A stretch of DNA of 64,000 bases from contig MCFE01000324.1 of NCBI GenBank assembly GCA_002104905.1, forward strand, positions 30,910 to 94,909, written 5' to 3'. The notes beneath the pieces are model-generated. The model did not search any database and was not told the DNA's origin. It saw only the letters and a list, made by a program, of their open reading frames with translations. The translations under genes and the position numbers were made by a program. The stretch is from Basidiobolus meristosporus CBS 931.73 (Eukaryota > Fungi > Basidiobolomycota). Each line of letters starts with the position of its first letter. The first letter of the stretch is position 1. Shown here one piece after another: positions 41,195 through 54,350 of the stretch.

Positions 41195-41560
41195 GCTTTA
41201 GAAGAAACTTTAGGATAACGTTATGAAGTAAAGAATACTGCTTGGATGGGCCTCGTAATTATGTAACACTTAATTTCCTCACAACTGTCGCCTTATTCTG
41301 AACAAAAATCAATCGCTTGCGTCACTGGTATACGAGAACCTTACGATATCTGCTGTGGCATACGAATTTGTGATGTCTTAATTTAATCAGGATCAACAAG
41401 CTAATCAACAGACATAGACAAGTTGTGTTGTCAGTTGATAGAGAATCAATGCTCACTGCCTGATTCCGGAAAAAAAAGGGAAAAAAATCAAGTTGCATTA
41501 GTAGGTGGTGGAGTTACCTTTAAAAGTATACAGTGTAAAGAGCATACAATTTAAAGAAAC

Positions 41561-44476
41561 ATGGAGCATCCACCCATTCAATTTGCTTGTATGTATTCCA
41601 AAGATCTGCCCTCTACCTGAGGAAGTACTAACCGCTTCTTCCCGGACATTTCCAGATCGTTCTATCAGCGAACTTGGGATCACCAACGGTCCACCCAACG
41701 TTCAGCCTTTTGAGGCGTTCGAAAAGTAATTGAGCCCACACTAAAACAATCACGCTCGTACATAATCTTATAGCATTTACGGATTATTCTAGGCAACAAG
41801 GAAGTATTCGTAACTTCAAATACAGCAAGGACGGAAAATTCCTTGTTTGGGCCACTACCGACTCGTGAGTGTCGTCATTAATATACTTTGGTAAGAAAAT
41901 TACTAATTAATTGCAGAGTGAGGGTTGTGAACACCGAGAACGGGGAAAAAGTGTGTGAAATCCCCCAGAAGAATATTATCGAAGTGGCGCTTTCTCCAAA
42001 AGGAACCTATCTTACTACTTGGGAAAGATATGGTATGGATTTAATGAGAGAACTCTTCCTTGAAATTGCTGCCTTATATTTAATGCGACTTATTATTCTT
42101 AGCCAAACAGCCCGATGATTCTGTTCATAAAAATTTGATTTTATGGGAGGTTGAATCTGCTAAACAAGTGGCTTCCTTTACTCAGAAGAGCCAGTCCAAC
42201 TGGTAATAGATTGTTTGGTTGTTCAAGATTATACGCGGCATATGCCTAACGAAACCTGAAATAGGGATTTACAATGGACTGATGATGAGCTTTTTTGCGC
42301 CAGAATGGTTACCAACGAGATCCATTTCTTCATGACAAAGTCCTTGTCGAAAGGTATCCACTCGAAGCTTCGCTTAGAAGGGATGGCTGATTTCTCCATC
42401 TCTCCCGGAAAATCGCCTGCTGTTGCTGTATTTATTGCCGAGAAAAAGGGTGCCCCGGCCATTGTTAGAATGTACGGTATCACCAACTTCAATGTCCCTC
42501 TAGCCCAGAAGACCTTCTTCAAGGCGGACAAAGTTCAATTCATGTGGAACAACTTGGGTAACTCGGGTGTGGTATTATCCTTTGCATTTACAATTACTCA
42601 TCCCTTTGATTTTAGGCACTAATCTCCTTGTCCTCACTCAAACCGAAGTGGACAAAACTGGCAAATCATACTACGGAGGTTTGATTTGTACTTCTTTCTA
42701 TTTGCAATTCTTCTCAAGCCACTAACATCAACGAACCTGTTTAGAAACCAATCTTTATTTCATGTCTGTCGCCGGTAACTACGATTGCCGTGTCGCTTTA
42801 GGTAAGACTCTATGAAGTTGATCTCCGCACCTCTACGAAAACCCTAATACATTGCATTTTCCTAGACAAGGAAGGCCCTATTCATGATGTTGCTTGGAGC
42901 CCTAACGCCAAGGAATTCATCGTTATCTACGGCTGTAGGTTTTACGCAGATAATAACATACACATAACTAGAGTAATAACCACGAACTTTCGATTAGACA
43001 TGCCTGCAAAGGCCACTTTGTTTGATCACAGAGCAAATCCGGTTCACCAATTTGGCGCTTTACCCAGAAATTTTGTCAAGTTCAATCCACACGGAAGAAA
43101 TATCCTTTTACATTGTGTATTTGGTTCAAAACTGATGCCCCCATTTTCAAAATACCCTCCTTAACTTATGTTACTCATCTGTATCGCTGGTTTCGGTAAC
43201 TTGGCTGGTACTATGGTAGGTGTTAGACATGTATCTTTCGTTTTTGTTCTGCCACTAATGAAGTTCTGTTGCAGGATTTATGGGATCGTAAAACCTTAAA
43301 AAAGATCGCTACGATCGAAGCCAGTGGTGCCGCTTTCTGTGATTGGAGTCCGGATGGCCGTCACATTATGACTGCTGTTCTTTCTCCTCGCCTTCGCGTT
43401 GATAACGGCATCAAAATTTGGCATCACACTGGCGTTCTTGTATATAATCAAGATATGAAGGAACTTTACCAGGTATAGTGACTTGGTGCGCTATTCAAAT
43501 CTGTAGCATTCCACTAATGTACGAGACTAGGTTGGCTGGCGCCCAGATCCTATCCACTGGTATCCCGAGCGTTCTGCTTTATCCCCCGCACCCAAAGGAA
43601 TCGAATTGCCCGCTGCTGCTGCAAAACCAGTTGGTATGTAAAACGAAGTACCCTACTTTCTTTAAATCTTAGCTAATGTATAACATGTTGGTAGTTAAGG
43701 CCATGGGCGCTTATAGACCTCCACATGCCCGTGGCACCTCTACTCCCAAATTATTCAAGGTACACTCTTTCCGGCAAAACACAATCCTACTTCATTCCGT
43801 TACTTATCTCAATGGTATCACTAGCGTGAAGATGAGGCACCACAAGTGAATAGTTCTGCAAGAAACGGATCCTTGGAGCATTCTAATGCTGAATGTATGT
43901 ATGATTTTTTGTCCAATTTGGCGGTATCTTCTGGCTAATGTGGACGTCATTCAGTGAGCAAAGCTGCTTTGAAAAACAAGAAGAAGCGCGAGGCCAAAAA
44001 GAAGCAACAAGAGGTATGGTATAGTCAAGAATCAAGTGTGCCATATCCAGCGACTCTAATCATGGTTTAAATATCTTCCCACTATTTTGTTTATTCATTC
44101 CCAGGATGAAGGTTTGATTTATTTTGGAACATTATCTGCACTCGGTAGCATTAACGTTGTTTGCTGTTCAAACACATAGTCACAACACCAGTGGTTTCTC
44201 AAGAGGGAGCACTGAAATCTGCAGCCTCCGCACTGGATGGAAACGAGAAGAAAATCCGTACCCTTACAAAGAAGCTCCGACAAATCACCGACTTAAAAGA
44301 GCGCCAAGCCAAGGGAGAAAGCCTTGAAGCAACTCAGGTACTTTTCAGGCTACATCTAACAAGTTTTATACATCAGATTTTCTAAGCAAGTACAATCTAC
44401 GTACAAATCGCTATAGCTTGAGAAGATCAAGACAGAGGCTGCTTTGTTGAAGGAGTTGGAGGCACTCAAGTTGTAA
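41561..44476 (+). CDS. Translation initiation factor eIF2A (WD40), many exons
   Basis: SPKGTYL.TWER, WTDDELF, FFKADK, DKTGKSYYGE, LDKEGPIHDV.WSP, AGFGNLAG, SPRLRVDNG, C-terminal KKIRTLTKKLRQI. Confidence 0.92.
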
Positions 44477-44828
44477 CCCTCCATGTTTCTTTATTGTTGC
44501 CCACACCCCATCATATTCCTTTCTTCCATCTCGTCCTAGATGCATAATGGGTTGACTTAGACCTATGAATAAAGTTATCATCCTATTATTGTCTGATCTG
44601 ATAACAAAACGCAATGCCAGGTGGGGGAAATCATCCACTTTTGTCAGGTGACCTTGAGGTTAGATTAACACTCCACCTCGGTGGCATTTATTGGTGGATG
44701 AGGTTGTTTACATTTGAGCGTTATATATTGTGATTAGTATTTTTGTTTTGATTTCCAGTCCATTTATCATTCCTCAAGACTACTGCCCATCAATCCTAAT
44801 CCCTCCCAAATTCCCGTTCACTTGAATC

Positions 44829-45895
44829 ATGCTTGGACAAACGAACCTTGTTGCCAGCAACTCCGACCTTCCCTTACCCAATCTCAATTTTGCTGCTGAT
44901 GGACTCCGTGCCTCTCTGCAGTCCTTCTTGAGGCAGTTTGACACCTTCGTAAAGAATGGAAAAGAGGAGGTGATAAGTAAGCGTAAGGAATGGCAGAAGA
45001 ATCTGGCCGAGTTGAATGGTTAGTGAGCAAGTATAACTTAAAGATGTTCCATCAAGACTTTCTCAAAATTGGCTTACTTAACAACCTTGTTCTCCGTAGA
45101 AACTTCCAGTAAGCTGAAGTCAGAAACCGAGTATTATCAAAGTGAGGAAGCCAACCTATCCAGGAGTAAGTACCTCGCCCACATGCTGTCTTGACGAGTA
45201 TCTCGGTCCTTTGGTCCTAACTGCTTGTGTCTACTCCAGCATTGGACAAAGAGAAGCGTCGCATTGCTGAATTGAAGAGTGAGATCCTGAACCTACAAAA
45301 CGGTAACAAGGAGTCGAAAGACAAGGAGGAAAAGATCCTTCAGCAAATCAGCCTTGTCCGTGAGGAGATTCGCAAGAAGAGAGAGGGTAAGTTGATTAAG
45401 GTCGGATTTTCTATATTGGGCGTTTGCTCACTCACTCTCGGTCTGTATACAGAGCGTGCATTGCAAGTCAAAGCACTCAAGTCGCAACAAGTGTTGAACG
45501 AACCTGAGCTGAACTTTTATGAGGATAAATTGGCTCTAAACATTATCGGTGATGAGGGTATGTTGCCTCCCATAGTGTTACATCAAAGCATTCCACTGAC
45601 AGTCCGCCTTCTTCACAGAGGATCGAATCACTTTCCTGTTTACCAATATCGATGCTAAACTTCCAGCACGCGAGTTCAAATTCACAGTAGATGTCAGCCA
45701 GCGCACCTATAAAGGTAACATCACATGATGGCATAGAGCTCCATTTGCGAAGCTTCTACTTACACCATTGCTTCAGTACCAGTATGCCAGCCCATGGTGC
45801 CCCAACTGGGAAGCCTGCTTCAGTCGTTGAATGAAAGCCGAGACTTCTACTCATTCGTCAAGAAGATGCGACAGGAGTTTGTCAAGAGTTCTTGA
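44829..45895 (+). CDS. SPC25: Kinetochore NDC80-complex subunit Spc25, multi-exon; last housekeeping gene before the subtelomere
   Basis: N-terminal coiled coil; ELNFYEDKLAL.I...DRITFLFTNID...F.FTVD..., L...LNESRDF..FVKKMR..F. Confidence 0.82.
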
Positions 45896-46276
45896 GCCAT
45901 ACAGTTTCTCGTTGAGCGATCGTACTTTTAATTGTTTTATATCGTGATTTTTGTTCTTGTACAATGTGGTTGAAATAAACTTGATTGGTACTGAGTTACC
46001 CAGATCAAAGTACTTCTATCTAATCTTGATTACTACTTCTCAGCTTTGGGTCAGAAGGATTTCTCATCAGATGCTCATTTTTTGAGTGTTTTCAAGTTGT
46101 TCACATGACAGGGCAAGCCATATTCATGATCTCACTGCTGCAAATACATCTTGGAGCATTGCTCATAAATGATGTCTGTGCTTAGATGCTCATTTGTTAG
46201 GCAGTTCTCAATTTATTCATATGCAAACTAATTTCTCAAACATTTCTCAAAGGCTCACTAGTCTGACCATTCTAGC

Positions 46277-47101
46277 TCAGCAAGCACCTAAATCAGCCCA
46301 TGCGTCAGTGCTACCAGGGGCCTGACCTTGCGTCCACCACTTGGCCTGCCACAAGTGGTCACCATAAATAACCTTGGCGGATTCGGAGTAGGCAGTGTCT
46401 GGGCTCCAGGCCAGCACCCCGTCACAGATACCAGGGTTAGGAGTAGAAGTGGGGCTGACGCTCGATGTAGGGGAAGTCACCTCTGGGCGAATGGTGATGG
46501 TTGGTCGAGCATCAAGCAAGTCCATGCCATCGTACTGGCCTTGGTTTGGGAACTCAGGGATTGTAGGGTATCCTGGCAGGTTTGCGACCAAGAGTTTCGG
46601 GCCACTTATGTAGCCCTCGTCTGAGCCCTTGATCTCGATATCGGCACAGTTCATGTAGTATTCACGGTTGCCCACCTTGTTGATCCAAGCCCAAGCGAAG
46701 ACGACATTCTTGCTGGTGCCAGCGGACTTGGGGATAGGCACCGAATAGTCCAGGCTGCCGATCAGACAATCATCGTAGACAGTCTTCAGAACGGCAAAAG
46801 TCTTCCCTTCGTCGTAGGACACGGCAAACTGGCAGTGGCCACCGCTGTGGGTCGCGACTCCGCCAAGCTTGACCTGGATCTCCTTGCCAGCCTCGACAGT
46901 CTGGACAACCTTTCCTTGCTCGTAGCCCTTGCATGGATAGATGCCCAGAGGATCGACCATGTTGTAGTCAGGAATGCCGGTGAACGTGGGGTTGTATTTT
47001 GAGTGACGCGGAGGCGGCTGGATCATTTCCATGTGGGCTGTGACCACTGCAGCAAGACTGGCCAAGGCAGCGCCGGATTGGAGAAATTTGGAGAAAATCA
47101 T
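46277..47101 (-). CDS. Secreted AA11-type lytic polysaccharide monooxygenase with C-terminal CBM5/12, copy 1 (274 aa)
   Basis: Signal peptide followed by His1 (TA|HMEM), YPCKG, THSGGHCQ, FAWAWINKVGNREYYMNCAD; AW...Y....VIY....WQAKWWTQG CBM5/12. Confidence 0.88.
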   Translation of the reverse strand: MIFSKFLQSGAALASLAAVVTAHMEMIQPPPRHSKYNPTFTGIPDYNMVDPLGIYPCKGYEQGKVVQTVEAGKEIQVKLGGVATHSGGHCQFAVSYDEGKTFAVLKTVYDDCLIGSLDYSVPIPKSAGTSKNVVFAWAWINKVGNREYYMNCADIEIKGSDEGYISGPKLLVANLPGYPTIPEFPNQGQYDGMDLLDARPTITIRPEVTSPTSSVSPTSTPNPGICDGVLAWSPDTAYSESAKVIYGDHLWQAKWWTQGQAPGSTDAWADLGAC

Positions 47102-49901
47102 ACTGGAGGTCAACTCGTTGATGGGGTACACAAGAGAGTAGCCCAAGTATTTATACACACAGTCTGGCCACCCGAGGCTCTCAGCATCACCACGGCGACC
47201 AGTGGGTATGGGCATATCCACACACAACCACCCATTGTGAATGTTACACCGAACTTTACTTATTCCAATAAGTCAGAGTTCTACACTAAGCCTCGAGAAG
47301 GTACCACTCAATTTACCTAGAGAAAATACCGTACTGGCCAAGCCACTTCAGATCAAAGGAGCGATCTATACTTAACAGTGAGAGTCAGATGAACGGCCTA
47401 GAGCGAGCGAAGATCCATCACTATATCTAGAATGTGTAACTATCTCCCTTGGGAGCGTGCTAAACTGGAGTAGGGCTTCCGCAAATGGAAAACGCCTTGG
47501 AGTAAATGCCCAGGACAATCGGCCGAAAATAGCTAAAGAGTTCGGCACTTCGGACCCCGAAAATTCTTCTCCATCCACACTTGCCGCACTTCCAGTCGAT
47601 TCGGTAGCCTGGTATTACTTTGTAGCTTAGAATTTTATGACCCACGCGTGAACTAAACTGATATAGATTATTCATTCAATCATTGAAAAGGTAAATGGGA
47701 TTGTATAAAGCATGGTGTATGTTAACATATTGTTTCAAGTGATTGGTTACGAATCCTGTACAAAATGTTGGTTCCATTTACTCAGGTACAATCAATGGCA
47801 GTACGCCGCTTTTGGACCGCAGAAAAGTCTCCAAGATCGCCAGACCTGCACGGAATCGCTGGACAACAGGAAAATACCCAAATTTTTTGGTAATTTTTAC
47901 AACTCAGATTCAAGGGCTGAATTGATTGGAAGCAAAACCGATATATACTAATCACCACTAATTTGTTGCAAAATAGATATGGTACATTATTCTTATTATG
48001 CCCTGAAGAAAGTGTCGTGGTGATACGAAATAGACCCCATCGGATGCATCCCGATTTCATCTAAACTTTATTTAGCACACCGTCATTTGTGTAACATAGG
48101 ATATTTGATTTCCCAAATCCATTCCAGTAACCGACACAGTTCTGTCAGTATTGGACATGCCAATGATTCCCCTCGTTGAGATAGAAATTCCCTGTATTTG
48201 AGACCCAGTACCTCTGCCCGTTGGAGGTTCTGCTAGGGCTTCTCATATTTTTCTCAATATAGTTAGTAGCAAGCTTTCATTCTGAGGTCGACTGCTTGTG
48301 CCAAGGCATGGAAAGAAGTCTTGCCATGGGGGTAGATTTCGGCGGCTCCGATGACTACCATGGGAAACCCACTGCCTAGCATGTTTTGAAGGCAAACTAA
48401 AGCATTCACGGTGGACACTTCCATTCCGGCCAAGCAAGTTTGGTCGACATTTGCGTTGCGGTCTTTGCAACTAAGGCTCACCGAAATACCGCTTCTCGAA
48501 TGTTCCTGGGCTCTTGCCCGTTAGTGTACCGAGCGATGGGCTGGTGGCGGGGGTTCCACTCAAAGGTCTTAGTTGTGCCAATGAATCCGAGGAGGAGGGT
48601 GGAGATAACGGCTCTTATTGTGAAGTTCAGTCGGTGGTGCTAAACAATCAAGCGACCTGTATGAATTTATAGTAATGTAAGCAATAAGATTCAGGGTACT
48701 TTCGAAACTCCCCACTGTTGTAATTTTATTCATCGCATGACTCAACTGCGTACTTATAGCGTTCCCCCTCTAAGAGATGGTTGCAGAAAATGATTCTGCG
48801 TAGCTTGAGCTGGTTATTCATAAATGCCATAAATTCTGAGGTAATCCACTCCGAGGACAGCGAAGCGGTAACTTGATGAGCCCAATGACTGCGAGCTTCC
48901 CAGGTACACATGCGTAACTTGTATTTTCATCTACCTGATCTGCAGCGCGGGAAGTTTATCGGGTCGAGTGCTGAATCTAGGGCAGGCACACTTAACTTTG
49001 TCTTGAATTGTCCGTCTACTTCGTGAATAACCCCGTATGCTGATCGAAAGTAAGATAGCCATTTAGATGGGTCGCTTCGCGTATATTTCTCATCATCGAT
49101 TGAACAATATTTCGGAGTTCGGGATTCCCCGTTTGAAGAATGATCATCGTATAATAACTCTGTGTCGAATTTTGGAATACCAAGATACACAATAAGGCTA
49201 TAGGAAAGAAGCAATGTCCCAACGCTCCTCTTCCTACATCATAAACATCTAGTTAAGTATAACCCTTATTGGGGTCAACCCTAACTACAAAAAGATTGCT
49301 AAGTCGCTTTTTATATTTGATTGGTTGAATGAAAATTTGTGCCCCAGAAGTGAGTTCAACCCTCACTTTACTACTTGAATGAAATCAAATAATTCCACAA
49401 CACTCTCCTAGTCTGCTGTTGGGAGATATACCTGAGCGCACTATGAGGGGCGATATACCCAAAGTAAGGGCAAGCGGTTAGCAAATCTATTTATACATTT
49501 ATGGGCTTAGAATCGCTGAATCTTAAGAAAACCAGTACTTGCTACGAAGTTGCTGGAAAACACCTGTCCTCTACGTACGAACAGTGTATTTGTGAATATG
49601 TATTAGCGCTAAGCATCATCGCTTTTAGGATATTTCATTTTCTATGTTGCCACAAAAAATTGTTCTGTGAGTACACCAGGCTCTTGATATTGATAGCAAG
49701 TTAAATCAGCTTCTTTCCAGTCCAAACTCACCGTTATTAACCAGAAACTTCATAACTATAAAAATAGTAAGTCATGTGCATTCTACCACCGCCTGAAATA
49801 CATCAAAAATGATATTTGTGTCAATATCTAGGTGTTCATTTGTTTGCTAGTTTTAATTCATTCACATGTAAACTATATGCTTGAAAATGTTGATTTCCGG
49901 C

Positions 49902-50726
49902 TCAACAAGCACCTAAGTCAGCCCATGCGTCAGTGCTACCAGGGGCCTGGCCTTGCGTCCACCACTTGGCCTGCCACAAGTGGTCACCATAAATAACCTT
50001 GGCAGATTCGGAGTAGGCAGTGTCTGGGCTCCAGGCCAGCACCCCGTCACAGATACCAGGGTTAGGAGTAGAAGTGGGGCTGACGCTCGATGTAGGGGAA
50101 GTCACCTCTGGGCGAATGGTGATGGTTGGTCGAGCATCAAGCAAGTCCATGCCATCGTACTGGCCTTGGTTTGGGAACTCAGGGATTGTAGGGTATCCTG
50201 GCAGGTTTGCGACCAAGAGTTTCGGGCCACTTATGTAGCCCTCGTCTGAGCCCTTGATCTCGATATCGGCACAGTTCATGTAGTATTCACGGTTGCCCAC
50301 CTTGTTGATCCAAGCCCAAGCGAAGACGACATTCTTGCTGGTGCCAGCGGACTTGGGGATAGGCACCGAATAGTCCAGGCTGCCGATCAGACAATCATCG
50401 TAGACAGTCTTCAGAACGGCAAAAGTCTTCCCTTCGTCGTAGGACACGGCAAACTGGCAGTGGCCACCGCTGTGGGTCGCGACTCCGCCAAGCTTGACCT
50501 GGATCTCCTTGCCAGCCTCGACAGTCTGGACAACCTTTCCTTGCTCGTAGCCCTTGCATGGATAGATGCCCAGAGGATCGACCATGTTGTAGTCAGGAAT
50601 GCCGGTGAACGTGGGGTTGTATTTTGAGTGACGCGGAGGCGGCTGGATCATTTCCATGTGGGCTGTGACCACTGCAGCAAGACTGGCCAAGGCAGCGCCG
50701 GATTGGAGAAATTTGGAGAAAATCAT
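49902..50726 (-). CDS. Secreted AA11-type LPMO with CBM5/12, copy 2 (protein identical to copy 1)
   Basis: Same motifs; translation from MIFSKF is identical to copy 1. Confidence 0.88.
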   Translation of the reverse strand: MIFSKFLQSGAALASLAAVVTAHMEMIQPPPRHSKYNPTFTGIPDYNMVDPLGIYPCKGYEQGKVVQTVEAGKEIQVKLGGVATHSGGHCQFAVSYDEGKTFAVLKTVYDDCLIGSLDYSVPIPKSAGTSKNVVFAWAWINKVGNREYYMNCADIEIKGSDEGYISGPKLLVANLPGYPTIPEFPNQGQYDGMDLLDARPTITIRPEVTSPTSSVSPTSTPNPGICDGVLAWSPDTAYSESAKVIYGDHLWQAKWWTQGQAPGSTDAWADLGAC

Positions 50727-51775
50727 ACTGGAGGTCAACTCGTTGATGGGGTACACAAGAGAGTAGCCCAAGTATTTATACACACAGTCTGGCCACCCGA
50801 GGCTCTCAGCACCACCACGGCGACCAGTGGGTATGAGCATATCCACGCACAACCACCCATTGTGAATGTTACACCGAACTTTACTTATTCTAATAAGTCA
50901 GAGCTCCACTCTAAGCCGCTAGAAGACCCTATTCAATTCAATAAGAAAAAATACTGCGTAAATTACTTCAGTTCAGAAAAGGGAGCAAAATATACATGGC
51001 AGAGTCAAATGAATGGTCTAGAGTGCGGGAAAACTCACCACTATACCCAGAAAGTGTATATATCTCCCTTTGGTGGAGGGGGGGGGGAAGGGCTACTTAG
51101 CTTCCAAAAAGATTGGACTCGTTGGAGTAAATGTCCAGGACAATCGGCCGAAAATAGCTAAAGAGATCGGCACTTCGGACTCCGAATATTCTTCTATTTC
51201 TGTGTACACCCATACTTCACACTCCATCCTACCAGTGGCTTGCTATTTTGCTCGTATAAATCAGTATCCTTTTTGCCACCATATGTGGAGTAGCTTATTC
51301 CGGAATAGAGATCGTCAGGGAATTAGGGTCGGCAGTTAGAGTTGTTGAACCCACCAAAACCACCATTATAAACGTTTGCGAGTGTAAATATTAGCAGCAT
51401 ATCTTGTCAGTGATAAGATCTGAGGTAACCGGGAGACATGGTGCTCGTAAAGCCACTTAGATTATACATTTACCACCAAGAGGTCTTTCACGAAAGCGGC
51501 GTACCATGTAATTTGGCACTTGGTGTGAATGAATTTACATTCTCGGAGTACGATTGAAAATCCGAACCTTCGACCGCGGTAGGTATATGTTTACAATATA
51601 CACATCAAACACTATGCTACCCCCCAGAGAAAAGTGCAAAGACATCACAGCAACCTATCTACCAGAGAAACCACTCGCTTGAGTCACTCTTTTCACCTAA
51701 ATATTCATCGCTTCTCGTGTATAAATTTAAGTTTCCAATTGTTAAATATTTATTTCCGCTTGTAGTTTGTAGCTC

Positions 51776-51943
51776 TTAACGACATGCGCGCATGGGGTTG
51801 GAGCTGCTGACTGCGGCACACTTGTTGGAGCAACACTGGCTGTTGCTGGTGCAAGAATAGCCTACCTTCTTACAAGCGGCTTCGGACTGGCTGGCCAGGA
51901 GAACGGTCATGAGAGCACCGAGGAGGAATGGCTTGAAGTTCAT
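51776..51943 (-). CDS. Secreted inhibitor-cystine-knot (conotoxin-like) peptide, copy 1, 55 aa
   Basis: Hand translation MNFKPFLLGALMTVLLASQSEA-ACKKVGYSCTSNSQCCSNKCAAVSSSNPMRACR*; C-x6-C-x5-CC-x3-C-x11-C; TATATAAA at 52008-52015. Confidence 0.85.
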   Translation of the reverse strand: MNFKPFLLGALMTVLLASQSEAACKKVGYSCTSNSQCCSNKCAAVSSSNPMRACR

Positions 51944-53217
51944 TGCGGATGTCTTTGAGAGTGGAGTGATTTTTCTTTTGATGGGGAGTTTACTAGCATT
52001 AAGGTCATTTATATAGTAATCTCAAGGGGCAATGGATCCTGAGTTGGTAACCAATATGCAGTTCGGGTGGGAATGGATACTGCTTGATTTGGTTGTTCTA
52101 CGTTACGCGTGAATGCGTGTGTTCAGGTTAAAGGCGAATTTAAGCCTTGTGGACGATAGAAAGAAGAAAAACGGCCCTTGGCGTGTGTAGACCATCATCA
52201 TGTATTAATGTAAGAATCTAGTACAGTATTTCACAAACGGCTGATATAGAGAATGTAGCTAACCTCACCCACCAGTGAAAGAATGGGTTAAATTGCGGAG
52301 CACAACGACAAGGTCTTTGTAGTAATTAGGGATATGACACAAGGCTTTGAAATGAGTCAGCAGTTGGAAATTGCTGCATACGATAGTAGTACAAGGTGCA
52401 ACCCTTATCGGATTGAAATCGTTTCTTGAGATGTATCAAGATTGTTTACTAGTTCCCATGAGTCATACGGCCCTAGATGATTCTTACTTCCACAAAGAAT
52501 AGCTTAAATTCCCATGTGCAAAAGGAGTCTCCATGTTCTTTACTGGGATTAGGATATAGCCATTACATATATAATATTTAGTATCTATCCTTCATCTTCT
52601 CAGCATATTCGAATAGCCTCTATTAAGCACAGTAATCGATTATTTTCAAAGCAAGCGCATACTTTTATTTTGAGATGTCCACAAAGGCAACTATTGAGCT
52701 GATTCCCGCATTAAACTTGTTCTTTGTTGGGGTATATAATATATAATCACATTCTAAGTCACTTGACTTGTTGTCGAACGTAATGGGGCTATCGTAGGAA
52801 GGACACTGTGGGAAAAAAATAAGAATTAAGGGAAGCTTCATGGCAGCATCAGTTTTCCGAAGTAGCGGAACAATAAATGGTACGACGCATGATACTGCCT
52901 ATTCATAACGGTATCGACATTGCGAGGTAGTGATTATCAAGTAGTGGCACAACACACAGATGGATTGATCCTCAGTGACCGAGGATGGTGATCATTTTAT
53001 ATTTAAGTTAGTTTCTATGGTTATTAAATGTAGCTACTATTAAGCACGGCAGTCCCATATTTTCATAATGCATAATCATGAACAAGCAAGAAAACTTCAA
53101 CAGTAATGGGTGCAATGCGTCTTTTCTACCACTTTATTTTGACGAAGGCAAGTAGATTTATTACTCTGAAAAATGGTAGAATATAGTTGAAGGGAAGACT
53201 TCTGTAGGATTTCCAGT

Positions 53218-53385
53218 CTAACGACAAGCACGCATGGGGTTGGAGCTGCTGACTGCGGCACACTTGTTGGAGCAACACTGGCTGTTGCTGGTGCAAGAAT
53301 AGCCTACCTTCTTACAAGCGGCTTCGGACTGGCTGGCCAGGAGAACGGTCATGAGAGCACCGAGGAGGAATGGCTTGAAGTTCAT
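53218..53385 (-). CDS. Secreted inhibitor-cystine-knot peptide, copy 2 (identical peptide)
   Basis: 168-nt CDS differing from copy 1 at three silent positions near the stop; TATAAAA at 53448-53454. Confidence 0.85.
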   Translation of the reverse strand: MNFKPFLLGALMTVLLASQSEAACKKVGYSCTSNSQCCSNKCAAVSSSNPMRACR

Positions 53386-54283
53386 TGTTGAGGACCTGGA
53401 AAGTAAGTTTTTTCTGGTGTTGAAAAACTCACCAGCCTTGAGGCCACTTTTATAGCAATTGAGGTGAGAAAATCCAGCGTGAGAGCCATCTGCATTGTGA
53501 TTTCACTCTGTATCACAGGCCGTTGGTAAGCAGCAAAGTGTACAGCGGGGACGCGACTAGCTGAGCTTGCTACAAGTACATTGGACAAAGGCAATGGAAT
53601 GCTCAAGGATCCTGAAAGTATACAGGCTGCGTTTTATTTTAATACTTAGTATCTCCAATATCCTTGTCCTCCTTGACTGAAAGATAGTATTCTCGTTTAT
53701 AGTCGGCTCTGTTCCACCAATATCACACACCAAGTGAAGTTAAGCGGTAAAATGCATATTCATATACGACGAGTTTTGCCAGGGAGTAACATACTTTGCT
53801 GATGGTAATAGTATTGGTCTGTGTGGCTTTAGATGGAGGAGAGAACGGCTAATATTGTAAACACAATAGTAGGAATCGTTGTTTTAGGATATATCAGCGT
53901 AACAAAATACAATCAATAAGTAGTATTAAGTATTGACTAACCCTATCTATCAACGACCAAGAGGATTGCACTAATAATATCAACGATTAAGACGATTGCA
54001 ATAAGAGTTTATTGGGAATTAGGGGAACATATTACCGCAAACCATCAGAGGTAGCCACAATCCTAGGTTTGCAAAGGCAATTCCGTAAATCTGGCGCTTC
54101 TGCTTTGGTTCGACTAATTTTCCCTTGAACTGGTGGGAGTCTCGGAAAAATCATGTCGGCTAAATGTCTGTACCACACGAGTTCAACGTGGCTTAATGTT
54201 TCAATCTCTTGGTTCTACCCAATATTGCATTATTTGTCCCCATATCAGGTAACTCACACTATTTCTGGATCCAAATGTATACC

Positions 54284-54350
54284 ATGGCTCTGTAAGCTGC
54301 GTGATGATGGCTCTGTAAGCTGCGTGATGATGGCTCTGTAAGATGCGTGA
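54284..54350. repeat. Minisatellite, ~2.9 x 23 bp (ATGGCTCTGTAAGCTGCGTGATG)
   Basis: Adjacent direct repeats with no spacers. Confidence 0.9.

Noticed and set aside
47102-47227. 42-aa N-terminal extension of the LPMO ORFs (also 50727-50852)
   Set aside because: It starts at GTG, spans the TATA box, and would displace the signal peptide that exposes His1.
54284-54350. CRISPR-like array
   Set aside because: The repeats are contiguous with no spacers and the context is eukaryotic; it is a minisatellite.
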